A DNA stretch of 59,274 bases, filler included. It is 4 parts of 4 records of this genome, joined end to end, with 100 filler letters (N's around TTAATTAATTAA, not from the genome) between each part and the next. Parts side by side here need not be neighbours in the genome. Positions count along the whole stretch, not along the records: positions 23,738 to 53,158 come from SRR20825019_228; positions 53,259 to 59,274 come from SRR20825019_229; 2 more parts are not named here. One strand, 5' to 3'. Positions 52,077-59,274 of this stretch are shown here, piece by piece. Positions within the stretch are counted from its first letter, which is position 1. The number at the start of each line of letters is the position of its first letter. The notes below the pieces were generated by a model. It was given only the letters and a program-made list of their open reading frames with translations. It was not told the origin of the DNA and ran no database searches. The position numbers and the translations under genes are program-made.

Positions 52077-52263
52077 TTGTATCGGTGTCTTTCTCTTCAA
52101 TATCAATTGAATCGTAAGCATCATCTTTCTCTTTTACCAATCCGAAAAAAGATTTCACCTTATACAAAATACCTTTTGAGAAAAGCAAAATGCCAGCTCC
52201 TACTGCCACTAATGCTTGCACCACCATTGCTCCTATGCCCGGATCGAAATAAAGAAAATTCAT
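52060..52263 (-). CDS. Small single-TM protein with N-terminal YxDPG motif
   Basis: 67 aa, MNFLYFDPGIGAMVVQALVAVGAGILLF then a basic and acidic tail; overlaps the downstream gene start, consistent with an operon. Confidence 0.75.
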   Translation of the reverse strand: MNFLYFDPGIGAMVVQALVAVGAGILLFSKGILYKVKSFFGLVKEKDDAYDSIDIEEKDTDTNDKKD

Positions 52264-52459
52264 ACTTGTTTAATTTACACTAAAATAACCTTTTAGTAAT
52301 AGCAAATAAACTAAAAAACGGTGAGTTTATAGAATTGAAAGCCGAATAAATTTAAAAATGTCCATAAAATAAGATGACATAAGATTTTAGGTTAAAACTG
52401 AAGTTTTTATGCTTTAGCTTGCCCTTACCTTATGTCATCCAAATTTTAAAGTACTAAGA

Positions 52460-53158
52460 TTAAAGCTTATTTCGCTTACGGTCTGTTTCCTTTAGGTATA
52501 TTTTACGAAGTCTTAAATGGTTTGGTGTAACTTCGCAATATTCGTCTTTTTGAATGTATTCCAAAGCTTCTTCTAAAGAAAATTTGATAGCAGGAATAAT
52601 ACGTGCTTTATCGTCAGCTCCTGAAGAACGTACGTTTGAAAGCTTTTTAGTTTTGGTTATATTTACAGCCATATCGTCTTGGCGTGAATTTTCACCAATA
52701 ACTTGACCTTCATAAATTTCTTCGTTAGGATTCACAAAGAAGCGACCTCTATCTTGCAGTTTATCGATTGAGTAAGGAATTGCGGAACCTGTTTCCATTG
52801 AAACCAAACTTCCGTTTTGTCTTTCAGGAATTCCACCTTTTAGTGGTTGATATTCAAGAAAACGGTGTGTCATAATTGCCTCCCCAGCAGTTGCCGTAAG
52901 CAATTGGTTACGAAGACCGATAATTCCACGCGATGGAATTGTAAATTTACAAACCATACGTTCCCCTTTTCCTTCCATGCTCAACATTTCACCTTTACGT
53001 ATTGTAACCATGTTTATTGCGGTTCCACTCACAGTCTCTGGTAAATCGATAGTCATTTCTTCAACTGGTTCACATTTTACACCATCAATTTCTTTAATGA
53101 TAACTTGTGGTTGTCCAATTTGAAGTTCATAACCTTCACGACGCATTGTTTCAATTAA
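52460..53158 (-). CDS. typA: Translational GTPase TypA/BipA (C-terminal part, 5' truncated)
   Basis: 'LIETMRREGYEL', 'PSRGIIG', 'YEGQVIGEN' and 'SLEEALEYI..DEYCEVTP..LRLRK'. Confidence 0.96.
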   Translation of the reverse strand, partial: LIETMRREGYELQIGQPQVIIKEIDGVKCEPVEEMTIDLPETVSGTAINMVTIRKGEMLSMEGKGERMVCKFTIPSRGIIGLRNQLLTATAGEAIMTHRFLEYQPLKGGIPERQNGSLVSMETGSAIPYSIDKLQDRGRFFVNPNEEIYEGQVIGENSRQDDMAVNITKTKKLSNVRSSGADDKARIIPAIKFSLEEALEYIQKDEYCEVTPNHLRLRKIYLKETDRKRNKL

Positions 53159-53258
53159 NNNNNNNNNNNNNNNNNNNNNNNNNNNNNNNNNNNNNNNNNN
53201 NNTTAATTAATTAANNNNNNNNNNNNNNNNNNNNNNNNNNNNNNNNNNNNNNNNNNNN
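53159..53258. other. Artificial contig spacer
   Basis: N-run with the TTAATTAATTAA linker; GC content jumps sharply after it. Confidence 0.99.
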
Positions 53259-53600
53259 GGTGATCAGGTTGGCCACCAGCTTGGCCGAGATCGGGGTGCG
53301 CGGGCCGGGTTTCCGGTCCTGGCGGGCATAGCCGAAATAGGGAAGGACGGCGGTGATGCGGCGCGCGGAGGAGCGGCGGAACGCATCGATCATGATCAGC
53401 AGTTCCATCAGGTGGTCGTTTGTCGGAAACGAGGTCGACTGCACGACGAAAACATCTTCGCCGCGCACGTTTTCCTGAATTTCAACGAAGATTTCCTGAT
53501 CGGCGAAGCGCCGGACGCTGGCCTTGCCAAGGGGAACATTGAGATAATTGCAAATCGCTTCGGCAAGTTGTCGGTTGGAGTTGCCTGCGAAAACTTTCAT
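53259..53600 (-). CDS. prs: Ribose-phosphate pyrophosphokinase (3' truncated)
   Basis: 'MKVFAGNSN', 'FADQEIFV', 'NDHLMELL' and '[11 protein letters not shown]'. Confidence 0.97.
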
Positions 53601-53726
53601 ATCATCTCGCCCGTTCAATCTGACTGTCGCCTTTTAACGCGGATCAACGCGAAAGCAAGTCCGCAGTCAACATGTCCATGGGCTTTTCCGGATTTTTTAT
53701 GACAGGGCCGGTGCATGGGCGTCCAC

Positions 53727-54596
53727 TCAGCCCTGTGTGTCGAGCCATGCCAGAAGCGAGCCGATCGACTTCTGGCCGATCGCCGCCATCATTTCCGGGC
53801 TGACGCCGGCCCAGGGGTCGGCGCCGGAAAAGCCGCCGGTCTCGGACGCCTGCCGGTCCTGGATGCGGTGCAGGCGAACGCCATCGGCGCCTATCACGTC
53901 CCAGACATAGATCACGGAGACCACGCCCTCCTGGTCGACGGCGGAGAAATAGCCCTTCAGGCTGAGATCGGCCGTCGCGTCGTCCATGGCCACAATCGAA
54001 AGCCCGGCTGCCCGCGCGCTTTCGCCAAGGCGGGCAGAGAGCGGCTGCAGCCTGTCGGCCGGCGCGCCGATGATCGGCAGGAAACGGAGCGTGTCGGCGG
54101 CGGCGATCGAGGCGCTCGGCGGGGCGGATGTCGGGGCGGCTGCGGTCGCGGTCGCGGGGGGCTGTGCAACTTGCGCCGCGGGAGCCTGAGCGGCGGTCTG
54201 AGGCGGCGGCGCTGCGACGGTTTGCGGCGGCGGCGGCGTATAGGCAGGCTGGGCCGGCGCGAGGCTTGCCGCCTGGGCCCCGAACGTGCTGGGCGCACGG
54301 CCGACGCCCGGCGTCGCGTCATAGCCCGGCGCGCTGGAAGCAGCGGCCGGATAGCTCGTTTGCGGTGGAGCGCTATAGGTCGGCTGCGGGTTGCCCGATG
54401 GCGGCGCGAGGCTCTGGCGGGCGACGTTCTCCGCCGGCGCGGCGGCAACGGCGGGCGAGTTATACTGGGCAGGCGCGTTGCCGGCGGTTGTGGGGCCGAC
54501 GGTTTCGGGCGGCGTCGCATCCACCGTCAGCACGTCGGCTGTCGAACACGCGGTAAGCAGGCCGGCCACGAGTAGAATGCTTGCCGCACGCATCAT
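53727..54596 (-). CDS. Putative lipoprotein with Pro/Ala-rich linker and conserved C-terminal domain
   Basis: Lipobox LLTA-C, long P/A-rich region and C-terminal 'LKGYFSA..VIYVWDV..G.RLHRI'. The upstream extension in the ORF track overlaps the M24 gene and is spurious. Confidence 0.8.
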   Translation of the reverse strand: MMRAASILLVAGLLTACSTADVLTVDATPPETVGPTTAGNAPAQYNSPAVAAAPAENVARQSLAPPSGNPQPTYSAPPQTSYPAAASSAPGYDATPGVGRAPSTFGAQAASLAPAQPAYTPPPPQTVAAPPPQTAAQAPAAQVAQPPATATAAAPTSAPPSASIAAADTLRFLPIIGAPADRLQPLSARLGESARAAGLSIVAMDDATADLSLKGYFSAVDQEGVVSVIYVWDVIGADGVRLHRIQDRQASETGGFSGADPWAGVSPEMMAAIGQKSIGSLLAWLDTQG

Positions 54597-54760
54597 ATGC
54601 CCTTTCCTGAAAACGCCGGAGGCATCCGGGAAAGGTTGAAACCGGTCCGGACGCCAAAAAACAACAGATCGCGCATTTCCGGGACCTTGGTGAAACGGAA
54701 ATACGCCTGCGATTTTCCGGAGCGCGCGGGACAATGTCAAACGCGCGACGCGATCATCCT

Positions 54761-55912
54761 TTATTTTGCGTAAAGGTCGAGGCCGAGCCGCGATAGCGGC
54801 CGGGGCTCGTCTTCGCCGGTCAGGTAGGTGCGCCCGAGCGTCATCGCGGTGCCGCTGTCGGAATCCATGATGATGATATGCACGAACAGCGACATCGACG
54901 GCAGGATCGGGTGCGGGTTGCCGGTGTGGAACATCTGGTGCTCCATCCATGACGGCGCAAACCGCGCCCCGAGCGAATAACCGCAGGCGTTCAGGCGGTG
55001 GCGTGAAAGCCCGCGGGCGTCCATGATCTCGGCATGCTTGTCGAAGATCTCGCCGAAAGTGTAGCCCGGCCTGAGGATTTCCTCGATCGCCGACAGCGTC
55101 GCGGTTGCCGCGCGAAACAGCGACTGGTGGCGCTCCGTCGGTTCGCCGATGACCACCGTGCGCATGGCGGCGGCATGATAATGCGACCAGACGCCCGCCC
55201 ATTCGAGCGTCAGCTGGTCGTTGGCGTCAAGCTTGCGGCGGCCGGATTTCGCGCGGCACAGCAACGCGCTTTCGCCGGAGCCGACGATGAAATTGTTGGC
55301 GGGGTAATCGCCGCCGCCGGAAAGCACCGCGCCCTGCATGGTGGCGAGAATCTCGGCCTCGTCGGCGCCCGGCCTGATCAGCGGCAGGGCGGCATCGAAG
55401 GCGTCGTCGCAGAGCGTTGCGGCCTTTTCGATGCAGGCGATCTCCGCCGGCGACTTGATCAGCCTGAGATTGCTGACGAGGTAGGATGCATCCTGAAGCT
55501 GGCCGAAGGAGCTGAGCTGGCCGTCAAGGAAATGGGCCGACCGGCCGGTCATGCCGTGGGTGTCGTATTCGACGCCGATCTTGCAGCCGAGCAGATCCAT
55601 GTCGGCGAGCATGTCCTTCAGGTCGCGGCTCGGATCGGTCTGGCCGCGATCGACCCAGATGCGGATCTCGGAAATGTTGGAGGTCTGGCGGGCCTGACGG
55701 ACATCGGCCGAGCGCGTCAGAAGCGCCGTGCGTCCGTCGGCGGTCACGACGAGGCACTGGAAAAACACGAAGCCGAACGTGTCGTAGCCGGTCAGCCAGT
55801 ACATGCTCTCCTGCGCGAACAGCAGCACGGCATCCAGTTTCTTCTCGGCCATCGCGGCTTTCAGCCGCGACAATCGCTCGGCATATTCTTCAGGTTCAAA
55901 AGCAAGCGCCAT
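54761..55912 (-). CDS. M24 pita-bread-fold protein (Xaa-Pro peptidase / creatinase / DoeA-like)
   Basis: Creatinase N-domain 'EYAERL...MYWLTGYD', 'RLIKSPAEI', 'YHAAAMRT' and 'CGYSLG'. Confidence 0.85.
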   Translation of the reverse strand: MALAFEPEEYAERLSRLKAAMAEKKLDAVLLFAQESMYWLTGYDTFGFVFFQCLVVTADGRTALLTRSADVRQARQTSNISEIRIWVDRGQTDPSRDLKDMLADMDLLGCKIGVEYDTHGMTGRSAHFLDGQLSSFGQLQDASYLVSNLRLIKSPAEIACIEKAATLCDDAFDAALPLIRPGADEAEILATMQGAVLSGGGDYPANNFIVGSGESALLCRAKSGRRKLDANDQLTLEWAGVWSHYHAAAMRTVVIGEPTERHQSLFRAATATLSAIEEILRPGYTFGEIFDKHAEIMDARGLSRHRLNACGYSLGARFAPSWMEHQMFHTGNPHPILPSMSLFVHIIIMDSDSGTAMTLGRTYLTGEDEPRPLSRLGLDLYAK

Positions 55913-55956
55913 GTCAGTCTCCCAAGCGTGCGGACACGCATTGATATGTGAAATGC

Positions 55957-56757
55957 TCAAAGAATGGAAATGGCCGAGATCTGACGGCCATAATCCTTTT
56001 CACCCCGATGGGTGCCGCGACGATAGGAATAAAAACCTTCCTCGTCCTGATAGGTGCAATGACGGATGATGTCGTGCTCGATATCCGCCCGGTCAAGCCT
56101 TAGGCCGATAAAGGCGGGCAGGTCGAACCAGGCATGGCCGTCTGACGGCGAGGGCCGGAACAGCGCCCGCAAGCCCGGATCGGCGCTGGTGAAACGCTCG
56201 ACGAATTCCGGCCCGACCTCATAATTCTCGGGCCCGATCGTCGGTCCGAGCGCCGCAACGATCGCGCGCCGGCGCGCGCCGAGCGCCACCATCTTCTCGA
56301 TTGTCGCCTCGATGATGCCGCTGAACGCGCCGCGCCAGCCGGCATGGGCTGCGGCGATGATCTCGTTTTCCGGATCGGCGAACAGCAGCGGCCCGCAATC
56401 GGCCGTCAACACGCCGAGTACGACGCCGGGCGTTGCGCTCGCCATGCCGTCGGCATGCGGGCGCTCGCCCTCCTGAGGCCCGGTAACCGCGATCGCATCG
56501 GCGGAATGGCACTGGTAGAGGCTTATCAGCCGATCCGATCCCTGACCGAACCATCCGGCGACGCGGGCCCGGTTTTCCGCGACAGCCTCCGGGCGATCAT
56601 CGGAGCCGATGCCGCAATTGAGGCTGTCGTAAAGTCCCGTGGAAACGCCGCCCCGGCGGGTGAAGAAGCCGTAGCGGATATCCGTGCCCGCAAGCCTGTC
56701 CTCAAGCAGCGGGCTCTGCAGCGGCGAAAGCGCATCACGGGTGGCGGTGTCCGGCAT
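55957..56757 (-). CDS. pgeF: Peptidoglycan editing factor PgeF (YfiH, purine nucleoside phosphorylase/laccase-like)
   Basis: 'FFTRRGGVS', 'Q.HS', 'TADC.P', 'AAHAGWRG', 'GPTIG...YEVG' and 'FYSYRR'. Confidence 0.93.
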   Translation of the reverse strand: MPDTATRDALSPLQSPLLEDRLAGTDIRYGFFTRRGGVSTGLYDSLNCGIGSDDRPEAVAENRARVAGWFGQGSDRLISLYQCHSADAIAVTGPQEGERPHADGMASATPGVVLGVLTADCGPLLFADPENEIIAAAHAGWRGAFSGIIEATIEKMVALGARRRAIVAALGPTIGPENYEVGPEFVERFTSADPGLRALFRPSPSDGHAWFDLPAFIGLRLDRADIEHDIIRHCTYQDEEGFYSYRRGTHRGEKDYGRQISAISIL

Positions 56758-56811
56758 TGCATGTTTCCAGTGTTTCGTTTCGTAAATGGTGGGGCGGGGG
56801 CGGCCGGTTTG

Positions 56812-57912
56812 TCAATCCGCACCGTCGAAGGGGGTGAGCCTGACAGGGCCTGCCGAGATCGCCAGCACCTTGAACAGGTCGCCCATGTCGTCTGGCCCGT
56901 CGCCGGCAAGCCGGCGGGCGGCGGCGACGATTTGGTCCTGGGTTTTCCGATCCCTGCCGCGGCCGAGCGCGGAAGCGCGGGCTCCAAGTCCGAGCGCCGC
57001 CAGAAAGCCGCCCTGCGTCATCGGGGGATGGAGATGCGCGCCTTCCGCGCGAGCGGCTGCGGCGAGTGCGGCGAAGTCCACATGGCTGGTCAGGTCGGCC
57101 TCGCCGGGATGGGCAAGCGGGGGATCGAAACGATGATTGCTGAGCGCCTGAAGCGTATCGCCGAAGCCGCTTTCGAGATGACCGTAATCGATGATCAGCG
57201 CGCTGCCGCCATGGCGGATCAGCCGGGCCGCGATCTCCGCCATCAGCGCTTCGCGGGCGGGCGCATATTCGAAGATCGCGCCCTCCGGCGCCGTTTGCCA
57301 GCCCTGGGGAAGGCTCTGCGGCGCAAGGCGCGCCGGCGACAGGGCGAAGGCGAGCGCGCCATCATCGTCCAGCGTCACGGCCCGTTCGAAGAAATGCGCG
57401 CCGGATTTCACGAATTGCCGGGTCGGCAGCGCGTCGAACAGTTCGTTGGCGACGAACAGGGTGAAGCCGTCGGAGGCATCGGACAGCTGCTCGATCCATG
57501 AAAGCCGGCCGGCATGGGGGCCAAGCATTTGCTTCTGCCGGGCGCGCAGCGCCGGGCTGGTTTCCATCAGCGTGACCGAAAGGCCGGCGTACATGGTAGG
57601 CGCTAGCGTCGCGATGGTCTTCAGGATATCGGCCATCATGGTGCCGCGTCCCGGCCCGCCCTCGATCAGCCGTGTGTTAACCGGACTGCCGTGAGCCTGC
57701 CATGCGGTGATCAGGAAAATGCCGACGAGTTCGCCGAAAAGCTGGGAGATTTCCGGCGCGGTGGTGAAATCGCCCGCCGCGCCGAGCGGATCGCGAGTGC
57801 GGTAGTAGCCGTGCTCGGGATCGGCGAGGCAGAGCGAGAAATAGGTCGAGACCGGCATCGGCCCGTCGGCCTCGATCGTCGCCCTTATCCGGGGCAGGAG
57901 CGGCGACGTCAC
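56812..57912 (-). CDS. SAM-dependent methyltransferase, MidA/NDUFAF7 family
   Basis: 'GYY', 'GDFTTAPEISQLFGE', 'EGGPGRG', 'ANELFDALP', 'IDYG' and 'DLTSHVDF'; the GTG start overlaps the lgt stop (GTGA). Confidence 0.92.
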   Translation of the reverse strand: MTSPLLPRIRATIEADGPMPVSTYFSLCLADPEHGYYRTRDPLGAAGDFTTAPEISQLFGELVGIFLITAWQAHGSPVNTRLIEGGPGRGTMMADILKTIATLAPTMYAGLSVTLMETSPALRARQKQMLGPHAGRLSWIEQLSDASDGFTLFVANELFDALPTRQFVKSGAHFFERAVTLDDDGALAFALSPARLAPQSLPQGWQTAPEGAIFEYAPAREALMAEIAARLIRHGGSALIIDYGHLESGFGDTLQALSNHRFDPPLAHPGEADLTSHVDFAALAAAARAEGAHLHPPMTQGGFLAALGLGARASALGRGRDRKTQDQIVAAARRLAGDGPDDMGDLFKVLAISAGPVRLTPFDGAD

Positions 57913-58760
57913 TGGGCCGGGTTCCGCTTTGCCATCCGGCCCGAATACCAGATGCCCCAGAGCCCGATCGCCAGCATCGGCAGCGACAGCACCATGCCCA
58001 TGGTCACGAACCCGCCGTAGAGATAGCCGAGCTGCGGGTCGGGTTCGCGGAAGAACTCCACGAAGATGCGCGACAGCGCGTAGAGGCAGATGAAGATGCT
58101 GCCGGTGAGACCTGGCCGCTTCAGCGCGCCGAAGAACCGGGTGATGACGAACAGCACGATGAGGGTGACGAGCCCCTCCAGGCCGGCCTCGTAAAGCTGG
58201 CTCGGGTGGCGCGGCACGTCTCCGGCGCCCGGAAACACCATCGCCCACGGCACGTCGGAGGTCCGGCCCCACAACTCGCCATTGATGAAATTGGCGATGC
58301 GCCCGAAAAACAGCCCGATCGGCGCGACCGTCGCGATCAGGTCGAGCAGCGACCAGACATGGATGCCGTGGCGTCTTGAAAAGATGATCATGACCACGAC
58401 CATGCCGATCAGCCCGCCGTGAAACGACATGCCGCCATCCCAGATCCTGAATACGGTGAGCGGATTGGCGAGGAAGGCGCCGGGCGCGTAGAACAGCATG
58501 TAGCCGAGCCGCCCGCCGACAACGATGCCGATTACCGACCAGGTGACGAAGTCGTCGAGCCGCGCGATCGCCATCGGCGGCCGGTTTGCCGGCCACAACC
58601 GGTCCTTCTTCAAAAGCCATCGGGCATAAAGCCAGCCGAGCAGGATACCGGCCACATAGGCCAGCCCGTACCAGTGGATCTGCAACGGGCCGAGGCTCAG
58701 CGCTATCGGGTCGATGGCGGGGAAGGGGATGGCAGCAAGCTTGATGTGATCTGGCAGCAA
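57909..58760 (-). CDS. lgt: Prolipoprotein diacylglyceryl transferase
   Basis: 'IHWYGLAY', 'GGRLGY', 'GGMSFHGG', 'GRIANFINGELWGR', 'RHPSQLYE' and 'EFFREPD'; probable TTG start after an AAGGAA RBS. Confidence 0.96.
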   Translation of the reverse strand: MLPDHIKLAAIPFPAIDPIALSLGPLQIHWYGLAYVAGILLGWLYARWLLKKDRLWPANRPPMAIARLDDFVTWSVIGIVVGGRLGYMLFYAPGAFLANPLTVFRIWDGGMSFHGGLIGMVVVMIIFSRRHGIHVWSLLDLIATVAPIGLFFGRIANFINGELWGRTSDVPWAMVFPGAGDVPRHPSQLYEAGLEGLVTLIVLFVITRFFGALKRPGLTGSIFICLYALSRIFVEFFREPDPQLGYLYGGFVTMGMVLSLPMLAIGLWGIWYSGRMAKRNPAQ

Positions 58761-58951
58761 GGCGCGGTTTCCTTTATGATCGGGCGGGAAGATGGCGGCA
58801 TAATACGGCCCGGTCAAGCCGGCCAGATTGCGGCAGCGGCCGCCGATCGCCGCAGATAATCGACCGGCGGCCTTGCGGCCCGGACAAACCGGCATTATTT
58901 CACAAAAGAATACAGCCGGCAGGCACCCGGCCCGAGCAAGGAGACAGCGAC

Positions 58952-59215
58952 ATGAGTTCCGGCACCACCCGCATCCTCGACGATCTGGCAAAGCTGATGA
59001 CCGATGCGGCAGGCTCGGTGCAGAGCGCCGGCAAGGATCTCGAAACCGGGGTCAAGGCCCAGGTCGAGCGCTGGCTGAACAGCATGGATGTCGTCAAGCG
59101 CGAGGAGTTCAACGCCGTGCGCGACATGGCGATCAAGGCCCGCGACGAAAACGACGCCTTGCGCAGCCGTCTCGATGCGCTTGAGGCCAAGCTGAATGAA
59201 AAGGCGGGCGACTGA
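58952..59215 (+). CDS. ubiK: Accessory factor UbiK / BMFP family
   Basis: 'RILDDLAKLMTDAAG', 'MDVVKREEF', 'AR.EN..L..RL..LEA'; divergent from lgt as is typical in Alphaproteobacteria. Confidence 0.88.
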   Translation: MSSGTTRILDDLAKLMTDAAGSVQSAGKDLETGVKAQVERWLNSMDVVKREEFNAVRDMAIKARDENDALRSRLDALEAKLNEKAGD

Positions 59216-59256
59216 CCCAAAGTAGTGTTTGCTGGCAGACGGTATGCCTCTCCTGT

Positions 59257-59274
59257 GTCATCCTCGGGCTTGAC
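59257..59274 (+). repeat. Start of an alphaproteobacterial REP-like palindromic element (truncated by window end)
   Basis: GTCATCCTCGGGCTTGAC matches the 5' half of the GTCATCCTCGGGCTTGACCCGAGGAT-type repeat recalled from Rhizobiales. Confidence 0.55.

Noticed and set aside
33131-52263. A/T homopolymer runs (8-9 nt) as phase-variation switches in glycan genes
   Set aside because: Common in DNA this AT-rich, and all ORFs are intact.
53715-59220. Long alternative-frame and antisense ORFs (e.g. 55034-55951, 56344-57501) and the 602-aa and 491-aa N-terminal extensions
   Set aside because: High-GC codon bias suppresses stops; they overlap well-supported genes (lgt, midA, pgeF, M24), so no real fusions are implied.
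1-59274. CRISPR arrays, tRNA/rRNA genes, transposases, integrases, defence systems
   Set aside because: No repeat-spacer arrays, cloverleaf or rRNA signatures, or recognisable mobile or defence proteins were seen by eye; tRNAscan and Infernal were not run.

Overview
This window is not one genome. It joins four unrelated contigs with artificial 100-nt spacers (N44-TTAATTAATTAA-N44 at 17651-17750, 23638-23737 and 53159-53258). (1) 1-17650 is a compact microbial-eukaryote contig with short (~50-60 nt) GT-AG introns. It carries NOP56, an ARM-repeat protein with a ubiquitin-like N-terminus, a CaMK-family kinase, a polycystin-2/TRPP channel, organellar IF3 and a large FG-GAP/Cys-rich multi-TM surface protein; the regions upstream of these genes are GC-rich islands. 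(2) 17751-23637 is an AT-rich Flavobacteriaceae-like contig: SusC/SusD, hemN preceded by an FNR-like box, and a partial TauE/DsbD_2-type membrane protein. (3) 23738-53158 is a Flavobacteriaceae-like contig: amidohydrolase, OM beta-barrel plus TPR protein, a minimal tail-fibre/chaperone-like secreted protein, ftsE, an S8 protease, a ~19 kb surface-glycan locus and partial typA. The glycan locus has several GTs, fdtA/fdtB-like genes, a GNAT, two Wzx flippases, two GT-C plus polyprenol-P-sugar synthase pairs, and a three-gene module of small YxDPG protein, NoeA-like kinase-methyltransferase and LtaS-like transferase. (4) 53259-59274 is a GC-rich Rhizobiales-like contig with the conserved ubiK / lgt-midA-pgeF-M24-lipoprotein-prs block. 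The best candidate for an undescribed system is the three-gene module at 49187-52263. All product calls come from motif recognition by eye; no database searches were run.
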